From an uncultured Gemmatimonadaceae bacterium (GTDB lineage Bacteria > Gemmatimonadota > Gemmatimonadetes > Gemmatimonadales > Gemmatimonadaceae), in assembly GCA_963790305.1 (NCBI GenBank), contig CAWBOC010000013.1, positions 181,793 to 245,792 on the forward strand: DNA of 64,000 bases, in the 5' to 3' direction. Position 1 is the first letter of the stretch. Every line of letters begins with the position of its first letter. The notes below the pieces were generated by a model that was not told the origin of the DNA, did no database searches, and saw only the letters and a list, made by a program, of their open reading frames with translations. Shown here piece by piece: positions 45,533-54,771 of this stretch. A program made the position numbers and the translations under genes.

Positions 45533-45557
45533 AACGCCCAGCCGAGAAAACAGTTTC
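45533..45557 (-). promoter_or_regulatory. sigma-EcfG-like promoter upstream of the lanM-like gene
   Basis: GAAAC-N16-CGTT (one mismatch), 52 nt before the ATG. Confidence 0.5.
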
Positions 45558-45614
45558 GACCGGGTCGTTCCAACGAAAGGTTTGATGGGCGTCGGAGGCG
45601 CCGTCGATCGGTTC

Positions 45615-46763
45615 TCAATTCGCGACGCGCAGTTCGACGCGGCGGTCGAGCTGCAACAGTTCCTCGCGCGCGTACTTTGACCGGTCCACGCCCAGGAATG
45701 GCTCGGTGGCCCCCTTAGGCTGCAAATCGACCTTGCCGCGATACCCGCCGTCGCGCAGCAGGCGCGAAATGGCGTCGAGACGCTGCTGGGATAGATCCAT
45801 ATTGTAGCCCGGCGACCCGCGCTCGTCGGCGTGTCCGGAAAGCGTGACGGCGTCGAACTTCTTCAAGTTCAGATACTCGAGCAGAAGGCGAAAGGCGCCG
45901 CGGCCTTCGGGGGTCAGCGTCGTCTCGTCATAGACAAATGTTATGGGTACTGGCGTCGTCGTCGCCGCGGTAGCGGGCTTCGTCGCATTTGTCGTGACTT
46001 CTGCAACGTCCGACGGCCGCGCCTCAGCCTGAGGCGTAGAGCTTGACAAGACCTGAGCATCAGGCGGCGCAGTTGAGCCTGCCGCCGCATTTCCTGAGAT
46101 ATCGCGTTGCTTCGCCTCTTCGCGCGCGTTTGCAACGACGTCTTCGAATTCCTTAAGCAGCCGGACCGACGGAGGCGTCTCGTCGCGTTTTTCGGCGGGC
46201 GCCACCTGCTTCGCGTCCACGGTTTGGCTTGAAGCTTCTGCGAGGCGGGTCGCGGCTTTGGCCGATATTGCGCGCAAGTTGATCTCAGGATCGGCACCCG
46301 TGAACTTGTGTTCGACTGCGACGGACCAGTCGCCGCTGGCGTTCGCCGTCGCGGTCGCTACCTCTTTCTCGCCTTCGAGCACGGTCACCTGCGCAAACGG
46401 CTCGGTCTTGCCAGCGAACACCGACGGCCCTTCGCGAGAGATGCGCGCGACGTCGAGCGCAACTTTGGGAGCCTCGTCGTCCGCGGACTCCTTCATCTTC
46501 GCGTCGTCTGCGGTCGCTGCCTGCTTGTCCGTCGCGCCGGCCGCCACGTTTGCGGCCGGTGGAGGCGACGAAGTCTGAACCTCATCGTCATGTCGCGAAC
46601 TTACGCCGACTTCTGCCGCTGGCGCGGTCTTGGCAGCCTGCCGTTTCCAGATTTGCGTGCTCAGCCCCAAGTCGAAGCGCAGCGGCAGCAAGCCAAAGCC
46701 TGCGAGGCCCATGCCGACGCCCAGGACAATCAGGATCAACGCGACTGCTATTCGACGGCGCAT
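45615..46763 (-). CDS. OmpA-family peptidoglycan-binding protein with N-terminal anchor and Ig-like domain
   Basis: N-terminal TM; DVARISREG..VFAG..EP Ig-like segment; F.YDE..L, GHADERGS..YNMDLS..R, and DRRVEL. Confidence 0.85.
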   Translation of the reverse strand: MRRRIAVALILIVLGVGMGLAGFGLLPLRFDLGLSTQIWKRQAAKTAPAAEVGVSSRHDDEVQTSSPPPAANVAAGATDKQAATADDAKMKESADDEAPKVALDVARISREGPSVFAGKTEPFAQVTVLEGEKEVATATANASGDWSVAVEHKFTGADPEINLRAISAKAATRLAEASSQTVDAKQVAPAEKRDETPPSVRLLKEFEDVVANAREEAKQRDISGNAAAGSTAPPDAQVLSSSTPQAEARPSDVAEVTTNATKPATAATTTPVPITFVYDETTLTPEGRGAFRLLLEYLNLKKFDAVTLSGHADERGSPGYNMDLSQQRLDAISRLLRDGGYRGKVDLQPKGATEPFLGVDRSKYAREELLQLDRRVELRVAN

Positions 46764-47133
46764 AGGCTCCAGCCTCGCTTAAGCGCGAACAAATAGTATC
46801 ATATTTTCGACCGCAATTGAGCCAATCGGAAGGCGTCGCCGAAACGCGGACAGGGGCCGGTCGGCCAGTTGCGCGGCAACGTTGCGGGTCGCCTACAACG
46901 GGACTAGATTTAGGGTGGACGCGGCCAGCAGCCGCATCTGCGATCCTCGCTGCCAAATGTGCTTTCACGCAGCGCCAACGCTCGAAATGCCCCACGTCGA
47001 TATCGGCGCGAAGCCGTGGAGTCCTGTAGGGCGCGTTCCGGAAGAATGGAAAGCGTGCGCGACGCGACGGCCGACGTGCTTTGGCAAAGGTTATGGATGA
47101 CAGCGGAGCCCTCGCATCGTGAATGCGGCACTC

Positions 47134-47850
47134 ATGAGGAGACAAAACCTCACGGCATTGACCGCATTTGCACTCTCTGCGGCCGCCGTGTCCGCTGACG
47201 AATTCGCCGCCGAGCGGCGCCTGATGGTCGAAGAAATCGAGCGGATCGCGGCGACGGTCGCCGGACAGACCGGTTTCGACAAGCTGGATCCACGTGTGGC
47301 CCAGGCGCTGCGCGATGTCCCTCGTCACGAGTTTGTCCCCGGCGCTCAACGCGGTTCAGCGTACCGCGATCGCCCGCTTTCGATCGGGCAGGGCCAAACG
47401 ATTTCACAGCCATTTATCGTGGCGCTAATGACGCAACTTCTGCAGATCAAAGACGGCGACAGGGTGCTCGAGGTCGGCACTGGCTCCGGCTACCAGGCCG
47501 CCGTGCTATCGCGGCTGGCTGCGGACGTGTTCTCAGTCGAGATCAATCCGAAGCTTGGCAAGGCGGCGCGGAAGGTTCTCGATCGTTTGAACTACACGAA
47601 TGTTCGGACCAAGATCGGTGATGGATACGATGGCTGGAAGGAGCAGGCGCCGTTCGACGCCATCATCGTCACCGCTGCGCCCGATCACATCCCGCCTGCC
47701 TTGATCGAGCAGCTGAAGCCCAATGGGCGTATGGTCATTCCCGTCGGCGGCGCAGGACAGGATCTAATGCTCGTGACGAAGAATGCGGACGGGACAACGA
47801 CGAGCACGACCGTTGTCCCTGTCAGATTTGTCCCGCTCGTTCGAGAATAA
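47134..47850 (+). CDS. pcm: Protein-L-isoaspartate O-methyltransferase
   Basis: VPRHEFV, GQTISQP, VLEVGTGSGYQAA, APFDAIIVTAA, and VRFVPL. Confidence 0.95.
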   Translation: MRRQNLTALTAFALSAAAVSADEFAAERRLMVEEIERIAATVAGQTGFDKLDPRVAQALRDVPRHEFVPGAQRGSAYRDRPLSIGQGQTISQPFIVALMTQLLQIKDGDRVLEVGTGSGYQAAVLSRLAADVFSVEINPKLGKAARKVLDRLNYTNVRTKIGDGYDGWKEQAPFDAIIVTAAPDHIPPALIEQLKPNGRMVIPVGGAGQDLMLVTKNADGTTTSTTVVPVRFVPLVRE

Positions 47851-47875
47851 TTCAAACATTCAGACGATTTCTCGG

Positions 47876-47901
47876 GGAACTTGGCGGGCAGCGCGGACGT
47901 T
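47876..47901 (+). promoter_or_regulatory. sigma-EcfG-type promoter in front of a candidate sRNA
   Basis: GGAAC-N17-CGTT exact match. Confidence 0.7.
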
Positions 47902-47907
47902 TGTCGT

Positions 47908-47991
47908 ACAGACGGATGCAACAGCATCCGTCAGGCGTCATAATATGACGCTGGACCGTCCGGGGATCGCAAGATCCCCCGGCGGTTTTTG
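47908..47991 (+). ncRNA. Candidate ~85-nt small RNA with three hairpins and an intrinsic terminator
   Basis: Stems at 47911-47932 (9 bp), 47935-47951 (7 bp) and 47955-47986 (GCAA loop), then TTTTT; starts right after the promoter. Confidence 0.65.
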
Positions 47992-48384
47992 TCGTGACAT
48001 CGTGGGATGCGAGGAATTCCGCCTGCTCCGCGGGCATCTTTGGGCGCGGCGGCAGTCTTATCAACGACATTGTCACAACGAATGCCTTCGCATGTGCGAG
48101 CAGGTTGTGCGCCATTCAGTCGCTCAGCTCCGCGCGAACGCGATCGTCGCGCCATTCTCGCGGTCCTTCACTCGACAAAGAATTCTTGCGGCGCAAACTC
48201 ACGAAACCTTAAAAAATATTTCAACTGTATTTGCGCTTGCGCCTGCCTTTGCCTTCGGTAATTGTCGTCGAGCGGCGCTGGCTCTCGCAACAGAGCAGCG
48301 CCGCTGATGTCGAATGGGACTGCGGGCCGTTGGCCTTGCTCCTAGCGGAACGCGCGACCGTATCGCGCCGCGAGGTACCCACTC

Positions 48385-48753
48385 ATGCAATCACTGGAAC
48401 ACGTCAACGTCGTCATTGTCGATCCTGACAACTACGGCGGCTATGAACTGCGCAGTTCGTTCGTCGGCGCCGGAGCGACGACCCATGTCGTCAGGACTCT
48501 GTCAGCCGCTACCCAACTCGTGGAATGCAAGAAAATCGATGCGGCGATCGTCGAGTTTTCGACGGATCGCGAGACGGCGGATTTTTGCAACACGCTCGCT
48601 GAACTCAGCATCCCCTGCATCTATACGTCCGAACCTCCAGGCAGCGAGCGGCCACGGCGCAATTCCCGGTCCTCCCGATCCGACATCGTCTCGGCGATCA
48701 GGGACGTGCTCGCGCAACACGCCGGGCAATCAGCCGCTCCTCCCCCGGAGTAA
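48385..48753 (+). CDS. Atypical single-domain response-regulator receiver
   Basis: VVIVDPD, IDAAIVEF (Glu at the usual phospho-Asp position), and IPCIYTS; GAGG RBS. Confidence 0.65.
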   Translation: MQSLEHVNVVIVDPDNYGGYELRSSFVGAGATTHVVRTLSAATQLVECKKIDAAIVEFSTDRETADFCNTLAELSIPCIYTSEPPGSERPRRNSRSSRSDIVSAIRDVLAQHAGQSAAPPPE

Positions 48754-48804
48754 TACTGTCCATCCGAGCCTGCCGGCTGCGCCATGACAGCTGGCTCCTC
48801 CGCC

Positions 48805-48830
48805 GGAACGCACCTGCCCGTCGTAGCGTT
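48805..48830 (+). promoter_or_regulatory. sigma-EcfG-type promoter
   Basis: GGAAC-N17-CGTT exact match, followed by a GGAGG RBS and ATG 48863. Confidence 0.72.
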
Positions 48831-48862
48831 GCACCTCGGTTGCAGCAGCGACGGAGGCGCGA

Positions 48863-49001
48863 ATGCCGCGCGGAGAAAAATCGAAGTATACGGCTAAGCA
48901 GGAGCGCAAGGCCGATCACATCGCCGAAGGCTATGAGAAGCGGGGCGTCAGCCAAAGAGGCTGCGGCTACTCGAAAGCGCGGCGCGCAAGTAGCGGGCTG
49001 A
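48863..49001 (+). pseudogene. Internally deleted remnant of a small basic stress protein (MPRGDKS.YT.KQ family)
   Basis: MPRGEKSKYTAKQERKADHIAEGYEKRGVS joins in a shifted frame directly to EAAATRKR..*; the usual middle (ERRAWATVNK...) is absent. Confidence 0.55.
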
Positions 49002-49049
49002 TAGGCCGTTATACAAAGCTGACGGCCGGTTCGCAGCCGGCTGCCGCGA

Positions 49050-49559
49050 TTAGGTCGCAACGCCGCCATCGGATTGACGTCTGCTCGGCCATCGAGGTCG
49101 ACTTCGAGTCGGTAGCCTTTTCCTCATCGAGGTTCTGCTGAAGGAGGGCCGCGCAATCATCGCGACCGAGAAGCTGCGCCCATGAAACAGCGTGCCATAG
49201 CGGGTAATCTCGTAGTGCTCCACCGCCTGCGCGGCCGCGATAAGAGCTGCGTCAGAACGCGCTTGTCGTCGACTTCGCCGGCGACCTCGTCAGCCTCTTG
49301 AAGGATCCCGTCGATTGCCGGACATTTGACCTGTTTTGCCTCGACGCGGTGCTGGGCAAATACCTCCTCCAGTCGCTTAACCTGATTTTTCGTTTCGGCG
49401 AGGTGTTTTTCGAAACCGGCCTTTAAGAGACTTGTCCGTGGCTTTCGCGATCATGTCGGGCAGTGATTTGACGATGCGGTTTTCCGCGTAATAGATGTCG
49501 CGCAAAGTATGCACGAAGAGATCATCCATCGTTTTGATGTCTTTGAAGAAAATTCCCAT
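49050..49559 (-). CDS. yciF: Ferritin-like DUF892 (YciE/YciF) protein; frameshifted, end approximate
   Basis: DLFVHTLRDIYYAE, CPAIDGI, AAQAVEHYEITRYGTL, and EEKATD. Confidence 0.85.
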
Positions 49560-49715
49560 GTATGGCTCCTGATGCTCGCAGGCTGGCGAGCCCGCCGCGT
49601 TGACTAGAAAAACCAACTTGCGCGCTCGCGCTAAGCTCCATGATCGGCGCAGAACATCCGGCGCTCATGCATGATTTTGCCGCCTTTTGTTGCGCTAAGG
49701 CTGCCACGATCGGCG

Positions 49716-49740
49716 GGAACACATTGGGATCGCTTTCGTT
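49716..49740 (+). promoter_or_regulatory. sigma-EcfG-type promoter upstream of GH15
   Basis: GGAAC-N16-CGTT exact match. Confidence 0.72.
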
Positions 49741-49793
49741 GTGATTTTCGACAGGGGCGTCAAAATCTTCCTGACCACTCAGCCAGAGCTCGC

Positions 49794-51576
49794 ATGACGA
49801 TGGATTTTGCATCGATCGGCAACGGACGAATCGCTGCGTTGATCGATCGTCGTGGATCAATCGTCTGGTGGTGCTTTCCGCGCCTTGACGCCGATCCGGT
49901 GTTCTGCCGCTTGGTAAGCGGCTCGGAGGAGAAGGGCTTTTGCGACGTTCAGCTTGTCAACGTCGTGCGCTCAGAAGCTCGCTATGTCAGAAACACCGCT
50001 ATCGTCGAGACGGAGCTCGAGGATCGCGAGGGGAACGCGGTGCGGATCACGGACTTTGCTCCGCGGTTTCCACACTACGAGCGCATATTCCATCCCGCGC
50101 AGATTTGCCGCCGCATCGAGCCCATCATCGGCGCTCCAAATATCGCCATCCGCGTAAGGCCGACATTCAACTATGGTAAGCCGGCTACGCGACGCGCGAC
50201 GGGGTCAAACCACATCACTTACACTGGCGGAGCCGACGATCTCAGACTCACGACCGATGCGCCACTTTCCTATATCGTCGATGAGGCGCCGTTCGCTCTA
50301 ACGCATCCTGTCACGTTGATGTTCGGCCCCGACGAGCCGCTTGAGGCGGGCGTCGACGCGACGTCACGTCGATTTTCTCGATCAGACGCGAGATTATTGG
50401 CTTACGTGGGTTCGCGGGCTCGGAGTGCCGTTCGAGTGGCAATCCGCGATCATCCGCGCGGCGATTACTCTCAAACTCTGTAGCTTCGAGGAAACGGGCG
50501 CGGTCATTGCGGCTCACACGACCTCGCTGCCCGAAGCGCCTTCGTCGGGCCGCAACTGGGACTATCGATACTGCTGGCTGCGGGACGCCTATTTCGTCAT
50601 CAAGGCGCTGAACCGTCTCGGCGCCACGCAAACGATGGAGTCCTATCTCAATTACATCACGACTGTCGCGGTCAGCGCCAACGGCGTTCTGAAGCCGGTT
50701 TACGGCATCGTTCATAACGCTTCGCTCAGCGAGAGAATCGTTCCGGACCTTGCGGGTTTTTCTGGCATGGGTCCGGTTCGCGTCGGCAATCAGGCGGCCG
50801 AACAACTCCAGCACGATTCTTACGGCAGCATTATCCTTGGCGTCTCCAACATGTTCATCGACGAGCGGTTGCCGCGCATGGGCGACGAAGCGCTGTTCAA
50901 ACGGCTTGAGACGCTGGGCGAGAATGCGAGACGCCTCGTCGTTGAGCCTGACGCCGGACTTTGGGAATACCGGGGCAGAAAGCGCGTTCATACGCATTCG
51001 GCCACCATGTGCTGGGTTGCGTGCGATCGGCTCTCGCGCATCGCGCGCCGGTTGGGGCTCAGCGAACGCGCCGCCTACTGGCGCGACCATGCGGGCGCCT
51101 TGCGAGAGAGAATACTCAATGAGGCCTGGAGCGATCGGCGCGGCGCAATCGCCGGCGCGCTCCAGGATCACGAACTCGATGCGAGCGTCCTATTGCTCCC
51201 GGAACTTGGCCTGCTGCCCGCTCAAGATCCGCGCTTCGTCGCAACCTGCGAAGCGATCGGACGCGATTTGTCTCGCAATGGCTTCATCATGAGATACACG
51301 TCAGACGATGATTTCGGCGCGCCGGAAACCGCTTTTTTGGTGTGCCAGTTTTGGTATATCGATGCTCTCGCCGCGATCGGGCGCCGAGAGGAGGCGCGCG
51401 ATCTGTTCGATCAGTTACTGTCAAGACGCAATGCTTTCGGGCTGCTATCGGAAGACATTCATCCCGGCACCGGTCAGCTTTGGGGCAATCTGCCTCAAAC
51501 GTATTCAATGGCCGGCATCATCAATACCGGCATGTCGTTGTCTCGGAAGTGGGAACAAGGCTGGGAAGACGAGTAA
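49794..51576 (+). CDS. Glycoside hydrolase family 15 (trehalase/glucoamylase-like); frameshift ~50370
   Basis: IGNGRIAAL, W.C.PR.D, TTSLPE, RNWDYRYCWLRD, GLWEYRG, GLLSED, and GNLPQTYS. Confidence 0.92.
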
Positions 51577-51580
51577 ATTC

Positions 51581-51605
51581 GCAACTTTTTCCGGCTCAAT
51601 GCGTT
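51581..51605 (+). promoter_or_regulatory. sigma-EcfG-like promoter upstream of otsA
   Basis: GCAAC-N16-CGTT (one mismatch). Confidence 0.55.
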
Positions 51606-51656
51606 ATTTAAGGTTCCCCTTTCGCGCCGAAATTTCCGGCGGCAGAGCCTTAAAAA

Positions 51657-53096
51657 ATGCCTCGCATCGTCCTCGTATCAAATCGCGTCACCGATCTGAC
51701 GACCGCTGCGCAGGCAGGCGGATTATCAGTCGCGATCGCTGACATCATGCTGAACAGAGCTGCGCTCTGGTTCGGCTGGAACGGCGAGGTAACTGACGTC
51801 GACGACGTGCCGGCGGTGATCCGCAAAGAGGAGATCCACAACTCGATCTTGGCCAGCATGCCACTGTCTGAAAGCGAGTTTCGCGACTACTATCTCGGCT
51901 ATTCGAATTCCGTCCTTTGGCCGGTGTTTCACAATCGCCTCGATCTCGCGCAATTCGAAGCCGGCTTCTTTCCAGAGTATCTCCGAGTTAACCGGCGCTT
52001 CGCTGCGGAACTCATACGCCTCGTCGAACATGACGACGTCATTTGGATCCATGACTATCACCTCATTCCGCTTGCCGCGGAGTTGAGGGCGCTCGGGGCT
52101 AAGAACCCCATAGGGTTTTTTCTCCACGTTCCCGTTCCGCCATGCCAATCCTACTTGGCAATTCCCGAACACCTCGAGATCTCGACAGCGCTTGCCGCCT
52201 ACGACCTTGTCGGCGTGCAGACGCAGCAGGACGTGGCCAACCTCATCGATATTTTTCAGAACTCGGTATCCGGCCAGCTGCTTCCCGATGGGCGAATTCG
52301 CGTAGGCGCCCAGCTCGTGCAGATCACGAGCATTCCGGTAGGCATCGATATCGATGAGTTCGTCGGCGATGCGGCCGAAAGCGTGCCGATGGCCGACGGT
52401 CCGGATTTCAGGATCATCGGCATCGATCGGTTGGACTACACCAAGGGCTTGCCGCACAAGTTTAAGGCCTATGGCCGATTCCTCGAAGAGAACCCGCAAT
52501 ACAGGCGCCGCGTCGTCCTATCGCAGATCGCGCCGCCCACTCGCGACACGCTGGAGGCTTATTCCGACATTCGCGGCGAGCTCAAATCGCTTTCAGGCTC
52601 GATCAACGGACGCTACAGCGAACTGGACTGGATGCCGATATACTACATGCATCGGAGCGTCAGCCGAAATCAGCTTTTTGGAATCTATCGCGGCTCGAAG
52701 GTAGGTCTGGTCACGCCACTGCGCGACGGCATGAATTTAGTAGCCAAAGAGTACGTCGCCGCGCAGGATCCGGCAGACCCCGGGGTGCTCGTCCTTTCGC
52801 GCTTCGCCGGCGCGGCCGAGCAGCTTAAGCACGCGGTCATAATCAATCCGTACAACATCGCTGAAATGGCGGACGCCATAAAATTCGCAATCGAGATGCC
52901 GCTTAGCGAGCGGAAGCGGCGACATCAGGCATTGCTGGCTGTCGTCGCCGCAAACGACAGCGCGCATTGGACAAGAGTTTTTCTCTCTGAGCTGATCCGT
53001 GTCTCGGCGAGCACCAGAACGCTCAGCGACGGGGACGGCGACTCCTCGAAAGACCTCGATGCGGCGCGCCACGTCCGTAACGACGCGAAGGTCTAG
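51657..53096 (+). CDS. otsA: Trehalose-6-phosphate synthase
   Basis: VSNR, GGL, LWPVFH, WIHDYHL, DRLDYTKG, and DGMNLVAKEY. Confidence 0.95.
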   Translation: MPRIVLVSNRVTDLTTAAQAGGLSVAIADIMLNRAALWFGWNGEVTDVDDVPAVIRKEEIHNSILASMPLSESEFRDYYLGYSNSVLWPVFHNRLDLAQFEAGFFPEYLRVNRRFAAELIRLVEHDDVIWIHDYHLIPLAAELRALGAKNPIGFFLHVPVPPCQSYLAIPEHLEISTALAAYDLVGVQTQQDVANLIDIFQNSVSGQLLPDGRIRVGAQLVQITSIPVGIDIDEFVGDAAESVPMADGPDFRIIGIDRLDYTKGLPHKFKAYGRFLEENPQYRRRVVLSQIAPPTRDTLEAYSDIRGELKSLSGSINGRYSELDWMPIYYMHRSVSRNQLFGIYRGSKVGLVTPLRDGMNLVAKEYVAAQDPADPGVLVLSRFAGAAEQLKHAVIINPYNIAEMADAIKFAIEMPLSERKRRHQALLAVVAANDSAHWTRVFLSELIRVSASTRTLSDGDGDSSKDLDAARHVRNDAKV

Positions 53097-53111
53097 CGAA
53101 GATGTCACGGG

Positions 53112-53936
53112 TTGCTACAAGCGGGCCGGACTCAGCGCGTCGAGCGCAGCGAGTTGGCCTCAGGCATCCTCTCTGTCGACGTCGGAGGCACGTGGATCAA
53201 GGCTGCGGTGGTCGACCCAACGGGTGGCTTGCTTCATCCGATGGACCGCACGCCGACGCCCAAACCTGCAACGCCCGAAGCGACTCTCAACGCCATAAGC
53301 GAACTTTCAACCAAAATGGGCGACTTTGATCGAGTCTCGATGGCATTTCCCGGCGTCGTTCGAAACGGCCGGACGCTGACCGCGCCGAATCTCGGCAATC
53401 AGCATTGGCTGAATTTCGATCTCGCGGACGCCGTGACCCGGCACTTCGGGCGGCCGGCGCGCATCTTGAACGATGCTATCGTGCAAGGATTGGGCGTTGC
53501 GACAGGTCCGGGCCTCGAAGTGATCGCCACCTTAGGCACCGGATTAGGTTTTGCCATTTTCCGCGATGGCCGGTTCCTCGTGCAGTTAGAGCTCGGCCAG
53601 CACATGGCTTCCGACGGCCTCAACTATGACAGTTACGTCGGTCACGGGGCATTTCTCGCCGAAGGGCTTGATGTATGGAGGGACCGCGTCAAGCGGACGC
53701 TTCTCGCCATCCGCAATCTCGTCAACTTTGATCGACTATATCTGGGCGGAGGGAATGCTCAACGCATAGACTTCGATTTGCCGCGCGACATCAGCATAGT
53801 CCCAATCACGTCGGGCGTCACAGGCGGCGCGCGGCTGTGGCATCGCGATGCTGACGAGTTCTTCGTGACCAATAGAAGCGCGGCGGATGTCGGGGGCTCG
53901 CCGTCCGCCGCTACCGAGGGAATTCCGCCTGCATGA
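53112..53936 (+). CDS. ROK family sugar kinase (polyphosphate glucokinase-like)
   Basis: VDVGGT.IKA, FPGVVR.G, LNDA..QG.G, TLGTGLG, ELG.H, and LYLGGGN. Confidence 0.85.
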   Translation: MLQAGRTQRVERSELASGILSVDVGGTWIKAAVVDPTGGLLHPMDRTPTPKPATPEATLNAISELSTKMGDFDRVSMAFPGVVRNGRTLTAPNLGNQHWLNFDLADAVTRHFGRPARILNDAIVQGLGVATGPGLEVIATLGTGLGFAIFRDGRFLVQLELGQHMASDGLNYDSYVGHGAFLAEGLDVWRDRVKRTLLAIRNLVNFDRLYLGGGNAQRIDFDLPRDISIVPITSGVTGGARLWHRDADEFFVTNRSAADVGGSPSAATEGIPPA

Positions 53937-54718
53937 CGAGTTACGTGGATACAGTCGAGGCGAAGGCCGACATACCGTCGGCGATCGATCCGTCGTCCTC
54001 TGCGCTATTTGTGGACATCGACGGCACGCTCCTCGATATCGCGCCGACGCCGGCCGCCGTTGCGATCCCCTCGCCCTTGATCGACACGTTGCGGAAAGCT
54101 CAAACCGCATTCTCAGGCGCGCTCGCCATCATCACGGGCCGTCGTATTGCCGATGCCGACCGGCTCCTTCATCCCCTCAAGCTCGCTGCCGCAGGGGTGC
54201 ACGGGGGCGAGATCAGGCGGTCTCCCAACGACCCGATCCTGACGATGTGCGCTTCCATCGACCGCGCGGTCCTGGACCGCCTGAATGACATATCGCGGCG
54301 AATTCCCGGCGCATTCGTCGAGCCCAAGGGGTTGGGCGCCGCCGTGCACTATCGCCTGTCGCCAGACAAGGAGGATGAGATCCGCGCAATGGTTCTTGCC
54401 GCCATTGGCGACAGCGCGCCAAAGCTATCCGTCACAAACGGCCGCAAGGTCTTTGAAATCTTGCCGGAGGGGCTCTCAAAGGGCGTGGCGATCGAAGAAT
54501 TGCTTTCTCATCCGCCGTTCAAGGGCCGACGTCCGGTGATGATCGGCGACGATGCCGGTGACATTCCCGCGTTCGACATTGCGCGGCGTAAGGGGGGACT
54601 TGGACTTCGCGTGGCGGGCGAGCATTTCTCGCCGGACCTTGCCGAATTTGACGGGCCGTCCTCGGTCCGCGCATGGCTTAATCAAATTATCGCTCGCCTC
54701 CACGAGCCGACGAGTTGA
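53933..54718 (+). CDS. otsB: Trehalose-6-phosphate phosphatase
   Basis: DIDGTL, ITGR, GVHGGE, VHYR, SKG.AI, and IGDD. Confidence 0.92.
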   Translation: MTSYVDTVEAKADIPSAIDPSSSALFVDIDGTLLDIAPTPAAVAIPSPLIDTLRKAQTAFSGALAIITGRRIADADRLLHPLKLAAAGVHGGEIRRSPNDPILTMCASIDRAVLDRLNDISRRIPGAFVEPKGLGAAVHYRLSPDKEDEIRAMVLAAIGDSAPKLSVTNGRKVFEILPEGLSKGVAIEELLSHPPFKGRRPVMIGDDAGDIPAFDIARRKGGLGLRVAGEHFSPDLAEFDGPSSVRAWLNQIIARLHEPTS

Positions 54719-54771
54719 CTGTCAGTTGAGCGCAAACCAGCGGCTCGACGCACGCCTGACGGCGCACGGCG

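Noticed and set aside
46790..47110. ORFs in the ompA-pcm intergenic region
   Set aside because: Short overlapping ORFs without an RBS or recognisable features.
48347..48372. GGAAC upstream of the receiver-like gene as a stress promoter
   Set aside because: No CGTT/GTT at 16-17 nt spacing.
48863..49001. Evidence for a plasmid or toxin-antitoxin system, since this family is often labelled plasmid stabilization protein
   Set aside because: No toxin partner or replication genes; the context is a stress island.
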